Shown here: in pieces, positions 1 through 13,260 of the stretch | How positions within the stretch are numbered: the stretch's first letter is position 1 | How the letters are laid out: every line of letters begins with the position of its first letter | Assembly: GCF_046119375.1 (NCBI RefSeq) | Contig: NW_027362773.1 | Span: 111,228,001-111,292,000, forward strand | Length of the DNA: 64,000 nt | Source of the DNA: Phyllobates terribilis | Lineage: Eukaryota | Direction of reading: 5' to 3' | The notes under the pieces: model-generated | The model's database searches: none | Told to the model about the DNA's origin: nothing | Seen by the model: only the letters and a program-made list of their open reading frames with translations | Position numbers and translations under genes: made by a program

Positions 1-830
1 GGAGGGAACAGGGGCGAGTTAGGTTAGTGAGTTGAGGTGATAGGCCTGTCTAAAGATGTGTTTTTAAAGCACGCTTAAAAACATGGGGGCCAGGTATTAG
101 TCGGATCATCTGGGGTAGTGCATTCCAGAACACTGGTGCAGCACGAGAGAAGTCTTGGAGATGGAGGTGTGAGGTTTGGATTATGGAGGAATTTAGTCTT
201 GGATCAGTTACAGAACGGAGGGCACAGGTAGGGTGATAGAGATGAGGGAGGAGATATAGGGTGTTGCAGAACTGTGGAAAGCTTTGTGGGTGAGAGAGAT
301 ACGTTCGTATTGTATTCTGTAGCGGATGGGCAACCAGTGTAATGACTGGCACAGGGTGGAGGCATCGGTGAAGCGGCTGGACTGAAATACGACCCTGGCT
401 GCTTCATTCATGACGGATTGGAAAGGAGAAAGTTTGGTTAGAGGGAGACTGATCAGTAGAGAGTTGCAATAGTACAGACGAGAATGAATAAGAGTGACAG
501 TAAGATTTTTTGCAATTTCAAAGGTGACAAAAGGTCGGATTCTGTATATGGTTTTAAAGTGCAAGTGACAAGAGCGGATGAGTGATCAGATATAGGGAAT
601 AAAGGAAATTTCTGTGTCAAATATGATCCCAAGACAGCGAGCATGCTGCTGAGGAGTTATGGTAGAACCAGCCAAGGAAATTGCAGTATCGGGTATAGCT
701 AGGTTAGTAGAGGGAGGAAACACGAGAAGTTCAGTTTTGGAGAGAATCAATTTCGGAGAGATTCACTTTCAGATAGAGGGAGGACATGATGTCAGAGACC
801 CCTTTAATGTCAGAACCAGTCTATTGCTGC
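1..830 (-). mobile_element. L2/CR1-clade LINE fragment, RT C-terminal region, frameshifted
   Basis: Minus ORFs 208..564 (SRLYYCNSLL...[16 protein letters not shown]) and 50..352 (LQDFSRAAPVFWNALP...FKRALKTHL) parallel the C-terminus of the L2 ORF2 at 59578-62754. Confidence 0.85.
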
Positions 831-923
831 CTATCCATGTGCCTATTGAAAAGAACAAGTAGTACGAGTCCAATATTAGACCTATCATGAACATTTCAAG
901 GATTCTTGATTTTATATTTTTAA

Positions 924-3297
924 CCCTTTTCTGACGTATGACCTAATAGTACGTCTTGGTGACCTGGGCCGATTGGACCAATGACGTACTATTAGGTCAT
1001 ATGGCAATCGCGCGGGGCGATCACTGCCGGGTGTCAGCTGATAGTCAGAGCTGACACCCGGTACTGTGTGCAGGGAGCGGTCCCGCACCGCTCCCGGCAC
1101 ATTAACCCCCGCAATGCTGCGATCGAAGTCGATCGCAGCATTGCGGTGGCAAGAGGAGGTGATCGGAATACTCACCTCCTCTTCCGGCCTCCAGCACTGT
1201 CTGCCGCGGCTTCCCGGATGTTGCCATGACGACCCGATGTCGTCATGAGAATATCCGGGTCACCAGACAGCAGGAAGATTCTTTGGTCATGCGCAGTGCA
1301 TGACCAAACTATCTTCTCCCTGTGCAGCACTGACAGCCTGTATAGCACAGGAATGGTGCTGCATTCCTGTGCTATACAGGTGATCAGAATAAAAAAGTGA
1401 AAGTCCCAGAATGGGACACAGAATAAAAGTCCAAAAAGTGTTAAAAAATTGAGAAAAAAAATTGTAAAAATATTTAAAAAAAAAAAACACCAAAAGTAAA
1501 AATATAATGTACCCATATTATGAAAAAAAAAAAACCAATAAAAGTACACATATTTGGTATCGCCGCGTCCAGAACGACCTGACCTATAAAACTGTCCCAC
1601 TAGTTAACCCCTTTAGTGAACACGGTAAAAAAAATAAATAAAAAACGAAGCAAAAAACAATGCTTTATCATCATACCGCCAAACAAAAAATGAAATAACA
1701 CGCGATCGAAAAGACGAATATAAATAAAAATGGCACCGTTGAAAACGTCATCTTGTCCCACAAAAAACAAGCCGCCATACAGCTCCATCAGCCAAAAAAT
1801 AAAAAAGTTATAGCTCTCAGAATAAAGCGATGCAAAAAAATATTTTTTTCTATAAAATAGCTTTTATTGTGCAAAAGCGCCAAAACATAGAAAAACTATA
1901 TAAATGTAGTATTGCTATAAACGTACTGACCCGAAGAATAACGCTGCCTTATCAATTTTACCACACGCGGAACAGCATTAAAAAAAAAAAAACATAAAAA
2001 AAAATTCTGGAATTGCTGGTTTTTGTTTATTCTGCCTCCCAAAAATCGGAATAGAAAGTGATAAAAAAAAGTCATGTGCCTGAAAATGGTACCAATAAAA
2101 ACGTCAACTCATCCCGCAAAAAACGAGCCGTCACATGACTGTTGGCCAAAATATGGAAAAATTATAGCTCTCAAAAATATGGAGATGCAAAAACTGGATT
2201 TTGCAAAAAAATGCGTCTTTTTGTGTGTGACAGCTGTCAATCCTGATATGATTCTGGTATCACTGTAATCGCACCGACCCGAAGAATAATCACTTATACC
2301 GCACGAGGAACGGCGTAAAAAATAAACTCTAGGGTTAGGGTTGTGATGGGGTTGAAGTATTCAAGTAAATTTTACATTCAAAAAGTCAAATGGCGCTCCT
2401 TCCCTTCTGAACCCTGCCGTGCGCCCAAACAGTGTTTTTCCCCCACATATGGGGTATCGGCTTACTCAGGAGAAATTGCACAACAAACTGCATGGTGCAA
2501 TTTCTCCTGTTACCCTTATGAAAATGCAAAACTGGGGGCTGAAAAACATTTTTGTGGGAAAAATGTGAACATTTTATTTTTACGGCTCAATGTTCTAAAC
2601 TTCTGTGAAGCACCTGGGGGTTCAAGGTGCTCACCACACATCTAGATAAGTTCCCTGAGGGGTCTAGTTTCCAAAATGGTGTCACTTGTGGGGGGTTTCC
2701 ACTGTTTAGGCACATCAGGGGCTCCCCAAATGCAACATGGCGTCCTTCAAGATTGTTGGAAGACCATTTCCGGTGACTACCTCTTGAAGCTCATCAAGAG
2801 AATGCCAAGAGTGTGCAAAGCAGTCATCAAAGCAAAAGGTGGCTACTTTGAAGAACCTAGAATATAAGACATATTTTCAGTTGTTTCACACTTTTTTGTT
2901 AAGTATATAATTCCACATGTGTTAATTCATAGTTTTGATGCCTTCAGTGTGAATGTGCAATTTTCATAGTCATGAAAATACTGAAAAATCTTTAAATGAG
3001 AAGGTGTGTCCAAACTTTTGGTCTGTACTGTATCTCTCTGATTTAAGGGCATAAAAATTCAAATTTTGAAAATTGCTAAATTTTCGCCAAATTTCCATTT
3101 TTTCACAAATAAACACAAGTGATATCGAAGAAATTTTACCACTATCATGAAGTACAATATGTCACGAAAAAACATTCTCAGAATCAGGGGGATCCGTTGA
3201 AGCGTTCCAGGGTAATTACTTTATAAAGTGACAGTGGTCAGAATTGTAAAAATTAGCCTAGTCATTAACGTGCAAACCACCCTCGGGGGTAAAGGGG
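924..3297. mobile_element. Non-autonomous TTAA-flanked DNA transposon (piggyBac-like termini)
   Basis: TTAA at 920-923 followed by CCCTTT; AAAGGGG followed by TTAA at 3298-3301; no coding capacity. Confidence 0.6.
2744..3030 (+). mobile_element. Tc1/mariner 3' end fragment nested in the TTAA element
   Basis: Transposase C-terminal remnant (YLLKLIKRMPRVCKAVIKAKGGYFEE) then a Tc1-type right terminus ...CCAAACTTTTGGTCTGTACTG|TA. Confidence 0.8.
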
Positions 3298-3666
3298 TTA
3301 ATATAGACTTTTAAAAAAAAGTTGCTTTCGTGCATTTATGTGCAATTATTAAAAGTTTGTTTTTAAAACATGAAAAAAATAGAACCACATGAATTACATT
3401 TTTTTCATTTTATTTTCAATTTTTTCATTTTGTAACATTTCTAACATGCTTTTTTCTGTGCTGTTCAGATCTCTATGCATTTAGCTCTTTGTTGTCTAGT
3501 TAAATGATGTACCCCATTATAAGTCAGTGGGGCCAGTCAGGCACTGTTCCTGTCTATTTTGTCCCAGATTCAGCTCACTGTGAAAGATACAGGTGCGTCT
3601 CACAAAATTAGAATGTCATCAAAAAGTTAATTTATTTCAGTTCTTCAATCCAAAAAGTGAAACTCA

Positions 3667-5149
3667 TCTACTATATAATTGTCTTATCCTGTCTGTCTGT
3701 CTGTCCTGGAAATCCCGGGTCGCTGATTGGTCCGGCCGCGGCCAATCAGCGATGCGGCATTTCTGAAAAACATGGCGGGCGTTAGCGGCTCATGTGCGGC
3801 ACGGAGGTCAGCGGCGATGCAGCCGGCTACTCGCAGCATAAGTCCCCCGACCGCAAGCGCCGCTGACCTACATGCGGCTATCGTCGGGAGATCAGCTGCT
3901 ACGGCCGCTTATCTCCCGAGGACAAGTGTGACACCCCTCCCCTCCTCTCCTCTTCCCTCCCCTCCTCTCCCGTCCCTCCCCCCGCTCGATCAGGACCCCG
4001 GCACCCGGCGTCATACTTACCCCTCCCCTCCCCTCCTCTCCTCTCCTCTCCCGTCCCCTCTCCTCCCGTCCTTCCCCTCTCCTCCCGTCCCTCCCCCCGC
4101 TCGATCAGGACCCCGGCACCGGCGTCATACTTACCCCTCCCCGTGCCTCCGCAGCAGCTCCTGTGTCTTCCGCTGATGCTCTGTGACGTGTCAGGTCAGA
4201 GGGCGCGGTGACGTCTTTACACCGCGCTCTCTCCTGACCGGTCACAGCGTCAACATGCCAGAGTCCAGAGAAGCAGCTGAGAAGGGAGGGGAGTATTGGA
4301 TTTTTTTTTTTTGTATGGGGCCATAGGGGACCTGCATGGGGCACTATGGGAGGATGGATATACAGGGAATATGACTTCCTGCATGGGGCATTATATGGGG
4401 GGGAGAGGTGACATCCTACATGGGGCATTATATGGGGGGGGAGAGGTGACATCCTACATGGGGCATTATATGGGGGAGAGGTGACATCCTGCATGGGGCA
4501 TTATATGGGGGAGAGGTGACATCCTGCATGGGGCATTATATGGGGGGAGAGGTCACATCCTACATGGGGCATTATATGGGGGGGGAGAGGTAACATCCTA
4601 CATAGGGCATTATATGGGGGAGAGGTGACATCCTGCATGGGGCATTATATGGGGGGAGAGGTCACATCCTGCATGGGGCATTATATGGGGGGAGAAGTCA
4701 CATCCTACATGGGGCATTATATGGGGGGGAAGAGGTGACATCCTACATGGGGCATTATATGGGGGGAAGAGGTGACATCCTGCATGGGGCATTATATGGG
4801 GGGAGAGGTGACATCCTGCATGGGGCATTATATGGGGGGAGAGGTGACATCCTGCATGGGGCATTATATGGGGGGAGAGGTGACATCCTGCATGGGGCAT
4901 TATATGGGGGGGAGAGTTGACATCCTGCATGGGGCATTATATGGGGGGGAAGAGTTGACATCCTGCATGGGGCATTATATGGGGGGGAAGAGGTGACATC
5001 CTACATGGGGCATTATATGGGGGGAGAGGTGACATCCTGCATGGGGCATTATATACGGGGGATGTGACTTCCTGCATGGGGCATTATAAAGGAGGGTCGG
5101 AAGACATATGCTAGAATAACCGATGCGTTAGAATCGGGCCACCATCTAG
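3667..5149 (+). mobile_element. Non-autonomous Helitron
   Basis: 5' TC (TCTACTATATAA), 3' CTAG preceded by hairpin CCGAT-GCGTTAGA-ATCGG; inserted between A and T with no target duplication. Removing it rejoins Tc1 sequence AAACTCA|TATATTATATAG. Confidence 0.85.
4371..5090. repeat. ~33-bp minisatellite inside the Helitron (about 20 copies)
   Basis: Unit GGGGGAGAGGTGACATCCTGCATGGGGCATTATAT with a variable G-run. Confidence 0.95.
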
Positions 5150-7555
5150 TATATTATATAGAGTCATTACAAACAGAGTGATCTATTTCAAGTGTTTATT
5201 TCTGTTAATGTTGATGATTATGGCTTACAACCAATGAAAACACAAAACTCGTTATCTCAGTAAATTTAAATAATTAACAAAAACACCTGCAAATGCTTCC
5301 TAAGCGTTTAAAAGGGTCCTTTAGTCTGTTTCAGTAGGTTCCACAATCATAGGAAAGACTGCTGACTTGACAGATGTCCAAAAGGCAGTGATTGACACTA
5401 AGTGAATGCAAAGTAAATTTTGCATTTCATTTGGAAATCAAGGTCTTAGAGTCTGGAGGAAGAGTGGAGAGGACACAATCCAAGCTGCTGGAGGTCTAGT
5501 GTGAAGTTTCCACAATCAGTGATGGTTTGGGGAGCCATGTCATCTGCTGGTGTAGGTCCACTGTGTTTTATCAAGACCAAAGTCAGCGCAGCCGTCTACC
5601 AGGACATTTTACAGCACTTCATGCTTCCCTCTGCCGACAAGCTTTTTGGAGATGGAAATGTCATTCTCCAGCAGGACTTGGCCCCTGTCCACACTGCCCA
5701 AAGTGCCAATACCTGGTTTACACACAACAGTATCACTGTGCTTGATTGGCAGCAAACTCGCCTGACCTTAACCCCATAGAGAATCTATTATAATCTATGG
5801 GGTATTGTCAAGAGGAAGATGAGAGACACCAGACCCAACAATGCAGACGAGCTGAAGGCTGCTATCAAAGCCACCTGGGCTTCCATAACACCTCAGCAGT
5901 GCCACAGGCTGATCGCCTCCATGCCACATTGCCGGATTGATGCAGTAATTGATGCAAAAGGAGCCTCGACCAAGTATTGAGGGCATTTACTGAACGTACA
6001 TTTCAGTAGGCCAACATTTCGGATTTTAAAATCATTTTTCAAGCTGTTGTTATAAAGTATTCTAATTTACTGAGATAATGGCTTTTGTGTTCTCATTGGC
6101 TGTAATCCATAATTTTCAACATTAACAGAAATAAAGACTTGGAATAGATCACTCTGTAATGACTCTATATAATATATGAGTGTCACTTTTTGTATTGAAG
6201 AACTGAAATAAATTAACTTTTTGATGATATTCTAATTTTGTGAGATGCACCTGTAGTTGGGACAGGCAGCACAGCACTTGCTGTACAGTTATCAAATGTC
6301 TTTCCAAGAACTACTACTAGTATAAAATAACATGTACGCGCTTCTTCTTTTCCCAGTAATCCAGCATTAGTACTCTGGCAGACCTTCCTGCCTTTGCAAA
6401 AGAGATCAGTATGTGACCACTTCAGCCAGTGTGTGGCTACTGCAGTCATGTGCTGAACTACTGGCATTAGGGCTACTTAGTGACCGCAGCCATGATGCCA
6501 TTATTGCATCAAGAGGGCTGACGAAAACCTTAATGCTACTGTAGGTTAACGGGGGAAGATGAGAAATGTTTATTTTAATATATATACATATATGAAAGTT
6601 GGATAAGCCCTTCAAATAAAGTCCTATTTACTTTGAGTCGACTGTGGCGGATAAACAAGTGACAATCTGCTACATGCAAGCCAATGGGCAGTTTTTTAAT
6701 AGCCTGTCCGGACAGGTCGACCCGAATCCTATGTGCGCACACAGAACAATTGTAAACCGGCAGCACATGTCCTGTTTACAAAGGACTGTTGATTTTTTTT
6801 TTTTTTATTGCTGGCATGAACAAGTGCTTTGCTTATTTGTGGAGAGATCGCTGTCATGTTTATACAACTGAAAAATTGATCACGATTATTGGCTCATTTA
6901 AATGAGTAATGAAAAACAACGTCCCAGTAATGAGTCCAAACATACTGTTAATATTGTTTTCATTGTTTAACACCACTTCAGCACCCTGCAGCTGTCCTTG
7001 TAGAGTGTTATTGTTTCCCTCTATGCCTATATTTACCATGATGCAGAGCTGTATCTGTCCCACAGCTTACTCAGCGCTTGCCCACTCCACCTGCAAAGCA
7101 CCATCCTGAGGCTCCCATACAGGCTCAAGATGGATAGACCATTGCACACACAGATTCTGCCTTTTAACATTTCTCCCTATTCACCTAGTTTGTGCTTTGT
7201 TGACATTCTTGTAATCCGTAATGTTCCAGGTGCTGACACTGGCCCCCCACACAGGCTTGGAGTACTGTATGAGAGCATTGAGTCATATAGTGGATTGTGT
7301 GTATTATAATGTAATCCAGCGTCTCTGGCCAAAGTCACAGGTTGCTCAGATTACTTCTGTGTGGAGTCAGCAATGTCTCTGTGCTTCCTCCCTGTGCACA
7401 TCCCCAGTCACTGTAAACTTGCTGATGATCACAGGTTTTCCATTGGTCTTCAAGGGAGGAATTGCTGCACAAAGAATAATGAAAATATTTGAATAACTTG
7501 TTGGGATGAGGCATCTTTACATACGACATATATACAACCTTTGTTTCTTTTCCAG

Positions 7556-7667
7556 GAAAGTATTAAAACACGAGAGTGAAACTACAGGGGCCCTCATGAC
7601 CTTCTTCTTGGCATTGGGACTGTCAGTAGGAGCGGGGTTATCCTTCGGCTTCAAAGTACTTTTATAA
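7556..7667 (+). CDS. SLC29A2: Equilibrative nucleoside transporter 2, last coding exon
   Basis: Acceptor TTTCTTTTCCAG|G; encodes KVLKHESETTGALMTFFLALGLSVGAGLSFGFKVLL*, matching the ENT2 C-terminus as recalled (QVLPHEREVAGALMTFFLALGLSCGASLSFLFKALL); synteny with B4GAT1/BRMS1/RIN1. Confidence 0.9.
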
Positions 7668-7897
7668 GTAGAAGACTTGAATCTCCATCTACAGATACAA
7701 TAGTCCTCCTATCCTGACCCTCAGTCGTGTCCTGCAAGGGAGAAATCTGCACTGATCTCGGCTGTTTACTGCTTTCTTATAGTGTTTGTTTTATTTTTTT
7801 TGTTTTTTTCCTTTATTTTACTTCTTTTCAGTTTATTGTCTCTCATCTTTAATGATCATTGCTGCTACATTTTTATACATAAGAAGACTATCCTTAA

Positions 7898-8252
7898 AGT
7901 GGTATTCCCATCTCCAAGATCCTATCCCAATATGTAGTAGGTATAATAATATATAATATTCGCAAATACCTCCAGTTACAAATGTAGTATAGCCCTTGAG
8001 ATAAGCTACTTCACATGCCCCATGTGCAGGGCATTGCAGTAGCTTAGGTATCCATGGTTATGATCACTCATAGTGACAGTTAGCTGTTACCTTAGGTATC
8101 CATGGTTACGACCATTACTGCAATGCCCAGCACATGGAGTAAGCGACATAGCTTATCAGAAAAACTATACTACATTTTTAATTGGAGGTATTTGCTATTA
8201 TTATTACATATATTAAATATTGGGATAGGATCTTGGAGATGAGAATACCCCT
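7898..8252. mobile_element. T2/Kolobok-type TTAA MITE
   Basis: TTAA|AGTGGTATTCCCATCTCCAAGATCCTATCCCAATAT ... ATATTGGGATAGGATCTTGGAGATGAGAATACCCCT|TTAA; same family as 19602-19922. Confidence 0.8.
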
Positions 8253-10937
8253 TTAAACTATTTTTGTTCACAAATTCAGACCTGAAGCCATTTTTTGGGG
8301 TTATTTTTTTAGGTGTAATATTGAAAATAGGAATGCGCATGTAGCATCTTGGAAACTACAGTCTGCTAAATTGTATATTATCTATAGACTTTTTATCACA
8401 AAACGTGCTTGAAAAAAAGCATCAGATGATCAAATACCATTTCCTTCTCAAGAATTGCTCTAGAAATTGTATGAGAAGAACTTTATCCTGTCTGCTACTA
8501 TTGTAGCTGATTGACCATGAGTCACAATGTCGGTGTCCGGGATCAAAATGACCACAATTGATCAGAACGTCTTGCAGAGTTGGTTCTCTCATCTTCCAGG
8601 TCTTAAATGGTCCACATGAATCTATTTTTGGTGTCAATAGAGATTAGTTCTACGGGAAAAAGTGTAAGCAAGTGACCTGGGGATGTGTGCTGGGAATGTT
8701 CACACAGGATGGATAATCTGCTGATTTTACGTCTTTATTTTCCAAACTTAAATACAGTAGCAACAAAATGAGATGAGATTGTGCCAAACTCCATCTATAC
8801 ATTGCGAGAAAAATCAGCGCAGAAGTTGACCTGTGAAATCCATGAAAAAATTTCAGCAAAATCTGCGTGCAAGTTTTTGCCATGGATTCACAGTAGATTT
8901 TTTTTTTTTTTCATTTTTTTCTGCTCAGTTTTCATCCCATGTAGATGTACCCTACTCATAGCACTGCGTTTTACAGTACCAGGGTGACACGTGAGATTTT
9001 ATGACGTACGTACTTCTTCCAGGTTGTGGACACACTGCTTACAGATACTGCCCTGTAAATCCACCTTGAAGCCGGATCCACATGTCCCGTGTACAAATGG
9101 CAATTTCCGGACAGACTACGCATCACCAGACCTGAACTATGACTGAAATTATTGGTTCAGCTTGTTGGTCAGGGTCGGTCCAGAAATCGCTGCCTATGAT
9201 GAATGTGAATGCGGCCCAAGTCTGATGGGGGCTACACAAGAATATATCTTCACCCTGTTCCCTCTGATACAGGATCTATATCTCCCTGCACACTTGCAGC
9301 TCTATTTAAAGTTTTTAGCAATAAACTTGTAAAATGTACATTTTTATCTTTATTACTTTAGCTAATTTTATTTATAGGATTTTAAAGGGAGCAAATCCAA
9401 TTTTATTTTTAGGACTTTTTTTTTTTAGTTGTCGGGTTGGAAAGGGAACACACTGAATAGTGATGGGTAGTTGTTAATGAATATATAAGTACTTTCCAAC
9501 GCTTGTATTATAAGCTCCTTTCCATTTACTGCTGCTGTAGTATTGATGCAACATTCATATATTGTGTGTAAAATGCTTAATATTATACTTTTTATCTTAT
9601 CCTGTTATATTAGATGGCTCTGGTCTCACCCAAATCAACACAAGTACATATGTCATGTCCCTGTTACATGTAGGATTCACGAGATTGAACCTTATAGATG
9701 CGTGTCAGTGGAGTAGATGGAGGTCCAGGGTAGAGGAGATACTTCCATGACTTTTTACATGGAGCACTTCAGTACCATCGACCCGGGTATATAATACAAT
9801 GTAGTGGAGCTTCAGTCACCAGTGTATGGGATACTACTCTGTATCATAGGATGTTGCTGTTACAAAGCGGATTAACAACTTCATTTTTGCATTTATTATT
9901 TTATGTTAAATGCTCAAAAGTTGGGGGGGGGGAACATTTTATCAGTTTATTTTTATATAAATAAAACATTTTTTTTGTGATAAACCAGTTTCATTGTATG
10001 ATTTTTAAAACAACCGTTGAGTAATTCCATCCTGTAACGTCTAGATCTGCAGGCCGCACAGGTTGTAAGATCAAAAGTCAAAATAATCATCTTATTCTTT
10101 GCAGGGATGGTCCGGACACTGTAGAACTTGTCGCTGCGTATTTTATGAATTTTTTAATATTGGACAAGCTGCAGCATGCACATTTGGAGGAGGAGATCAG
10201 CGTCTCTCAGACGTTTCCACCCAGGAGAAGTTAAGAGAGGAATTGCTGAGAGCACATGCTTGTGTTAGCTTTGTAGTCGTACTAGACATGTAGTCAGCGG
10301 TGCAAAATGATGCTGCCTTTCTCCACATATCAGGGAGAAAAAGTAGTATGAGGCGTCTCTTATTCTATAGCTTCATCGTTTCCTAACAGATTACATAATG
10401 CAAATTCTTAGCTGTACGCTTGTTTTTATCAGTAAAATGGGTTATACGTAAGAGCTGAGTAACTTATCATAGGATACGGTCTTATCAACACATCCAGCCG
10501 GGCCAGACCTGGTATAGTGATCTGCAGACGTATATAGGAGTAAGAGCTATGACGTTCAGGGATGCCTTCTGCTACATGGGTGGGGAATTCATGCCTGACA
10601 GCTGCACACAAGTCATTAAGATTACATGCTCATTGACATCTGTAGTATTGTATTGATGAGGCCTCATTCACACGTCTAATTATTCCACGTACAAGAAAAA
10701 GGACTGATAAAATAGTTTAAAAACATACAAAAAAAGTTAATGTCTGCTCACCACCTCCTGGAGCGCACGGATCCTGCTGTGCGGCAAGTTTTCAGAACTT
10801 AGAAAGGAATAAATCTAGCGCTATAAGTCCATAAAAAATCAATTTTTCATTTATTTCATAGCTTCGAATAGTATAAAATCAATTAAGTCACAGTCCACAC
10901 ATTAAAAACATACGCGTTTCGATGCAAAGCAGTGCGT

Positions 10938-11294
10938 CTTATCTCCTCTTCCCACAATCGTATACAAGACTTCTCCCGTGCATCCCCCTTACTCTGGAAC
11001 TCTACTGCCTACTGTGGAAACCTTCAAAAGGAAGCTGGAGACCCACCTCTTCCTACAAGCCTACAACATGCAGTAACCCTCGCTCCACCATACTGCTGCG
11101 CGACCAGCTCTACCCTCACCTACTGTATCCTCACCCATCCCTTGTAGATTGTGAGCCCTCACTGGCAGGGTCCTCGCTCCTCCTCGACCAGTTGCCGTCA
11201 CATTGTGTTCAAGATTATTGTAATTGTTCTTGTATGTATACCCCCTTTCTCACATGTAAAGCGCCATGGAATAAATGGCGCTATAATAATAAAA
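10938..11294 (+). mobile_element. 5'-truncated L2 copy (3' end only)
   Basis: Closely matches 62594-62960, including the terminal AGCGCCATGGAATAAATGGCGCT hairpin and TAA-rich tail. Confidence 0.9.
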
Positions 11295-11689
11295 TGCAAG
11301 TGATTCTTCAAAGATTAATAGGAAAAAAACAAAAGTAGAAAAAAAAAATAAGGGCTAATGATATGGGGACCCTTCATCCTGCTCTACCGGATCTATCGTG
11401 TGACCGATAACGCACCCTCTGTTGTGACGGGAAGAAATGCTCTGCGTGCCGCTCTATCCCTCCTGTAATATCCTGTGGAATAGGAGATTATTTTTACTAT
11501 ATACTTAAAATATTGAAGTATAACACTATATAGTACAAGCGATCAAATGGTTTCCGATTCTAGTGATGACTAATAATAAAAAAAAGGTTGCATGAAAAAG
11601 TTATTAAAAATATTAACTTTTTTTTATTAACACAGCACATAAAAGATTGAGATACTACCTTTTCTCCAACTGAAAATGAATAAAAAAAA

Positions 11690-11825
11690 NNNNNNNNNNN
11701 NNNNNNNNNNNNNNNNNNNNNNNNNNNNNNNNNNNNNNNNNNNNNNNNNNNNNNNNNNNNNNNNNNNNNNNNNNNNNNNNNNNNNNNNNNNNNNNNNNNN
11801 NNNNNNNNNNNNNNNNNNNNNNNNN
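11690..11825. other. Assembly gap (N run)
   Basis: Run of N. Confidence 1.
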
Positions 11826-12004
11826 AAAGTCCGGTTTTTGAAAATCTAAAATAACCAACAAGATGAATGAAATAAAAAAATGTTTTTCATTTTCGCACCT
11901 CCTTAAAAAATGAAATGAAAAAAGTTAATAAAATGTATTAGGTTTCCCAAAATGATACTAGTAAAAACACCACCTCACCATGCAAAAAAATAAGACCTTA
12001 CACC

Positions 12005-12299
12005 CAGGGCTGTGGAGTGAAGTCATTGTCTATTTTGGTGGAGTCACAGTGGGTATAAAATGGACAGACTCCTACAATCTATAATAAATTGGGTTCAGTA
12101 GTACAATGCCGGATGTGCTGTAAATCTTTTCATAAGAATTTGGGAAAGTTATGAAATATCCTATAAATGTCTGTTCTGTTCCTGATCTAAGGATCTTGGC
12201 TTTTAGTTGAGATAAATGTGTGCTGCACTTTATGTACACGCTCAGCAGTGAGACAGGGCTGTGGAGTTGGAGGTATAGCTTACCGACTCCATAGCCCTG
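12005..12299. mobile_element. hAT-type MITE with 8-bp target site duplication
   Basis: CAGGGCTGTGGAGT ... ACTCCATAGCCCTG termini flanked by CTTACACC at 11997-12004 and 12300-12307. Confidence 0.85.
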
Positions 12300-12779
12300 C
12301 TTACACCAGGGGTGTGCAAAATTTTTTGGTCCAAGGACCACATTGCCATATTGAACCAATCCCAAGGGCTTCAAAAAAATGTAAAGGGGTAATTACATGA
12401 ATACATCACCAGAACAACAGTTAGTACATTAATACATCCCCAGAACCAAGTTTTTGAGAGTTTCTGCTAACAAAAAAAATTAGCGTGAACACACGCTAAC
12501 TTAAACAGAGTTTTTGGAGCAGAAACTCGCCAAATCCTCCTCATAATACAGGCACCACGGTACTGATGAGTCGCAGGCAGTATGACATATTTACATCCAG
12601 GTACCTGTTCTGATTGAAGTCGATCTTTTCTTCTCCATTTTGTCCAGACGCCATGATGAGGTTCTGTGCCCAAAGTTTGTCTCTGCAGACATCCCTCTTC
12701 TTGGTCTTCAACAGCACTTCCCAACACGGTGCCCTTAAAAATAAAAGTATCATTATACTGCCCCATAAATAATTGCCCA

Positions 12780-13260
12780 TCATTATGCTTCCTGCATAAA
12801 ATATCCCCCTCATATTGCCCCTCTCAATAATATCCCCCACACTGCCCCTCTATAATATGTCCCCGCCCATACTGCCCCTCTCCATAATGTCCACCCTCAA
12901 AGCCCCTCCATAATATAACCCTACTCTGCCCCTCTCCATAATATACTCCCCCATACTGCCCCTCTATAATATACTCCCCCATACTGCCCCTCTCCATAAT
13001 GTCTACCCTCACAGCCCCTCCATAATATACCCCTACACTGCCCCACTCCATAATAAACCCCCCACACTGCCCCTCTCCATAATATACCCCCTCTATATAA
13101 TAAACCGCCACACTGTCCCTCTCTATAACATCACCCCAAACTGCCTCTTTCCCTATCTCCCCAACAATGCCTCTCTGCATATTGTCCCCACTGCCCCTTG
13201 CTATACTATGCCCCCTATCACAATCTGCCAATTGCCCCATAATGTCCTCCATTGCCCCTT
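12780..13260. repeat. Degenerate C-rich minisatellite (~25 bp, CCCCCATACTGCCCCTCTCCATAAT-like)
   Basis: Recurrent motif; explains the low-complexity minus ORF 12824..13321. Confidence 0.8.

Larger units (their letters stand above)
3590..6253 (+). mobile_element. Internally deleted Tc1 element interrupted by a Helitron
   Basis: TA|CAGGTGCGTCTCACAAAATTAGAAT ... ATTCTAATTTTGTGAGATGCACCTG|TA inverted termini with TA duplication; DDE-domain remnant 5501-5970 (VMVWGAMS, QQDLAPVH). Confidence 0.9.

Noticed and set aside
4371-5090. Regular repeats here and at 40786, 56850 and 57674 as CRISPR-like arrays
   Set aside because: Head-to-tail units with no unique spacers, no cas genes, and a vertebrate context.
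6300-6600. Minus-strand stretch faintly resembling a hAT transposase C-terminus (HTLAEVVTY*...PEY*)
   Set aside because: Similarity too weak and interrupted by stops; needs a profile search.
1-7555. Penultimate SLC29A2 exon
   Set aside because: No segment encoding the expected TM9-10 region (…SNGYL…CLAP) was found; presumably upstream of the window.
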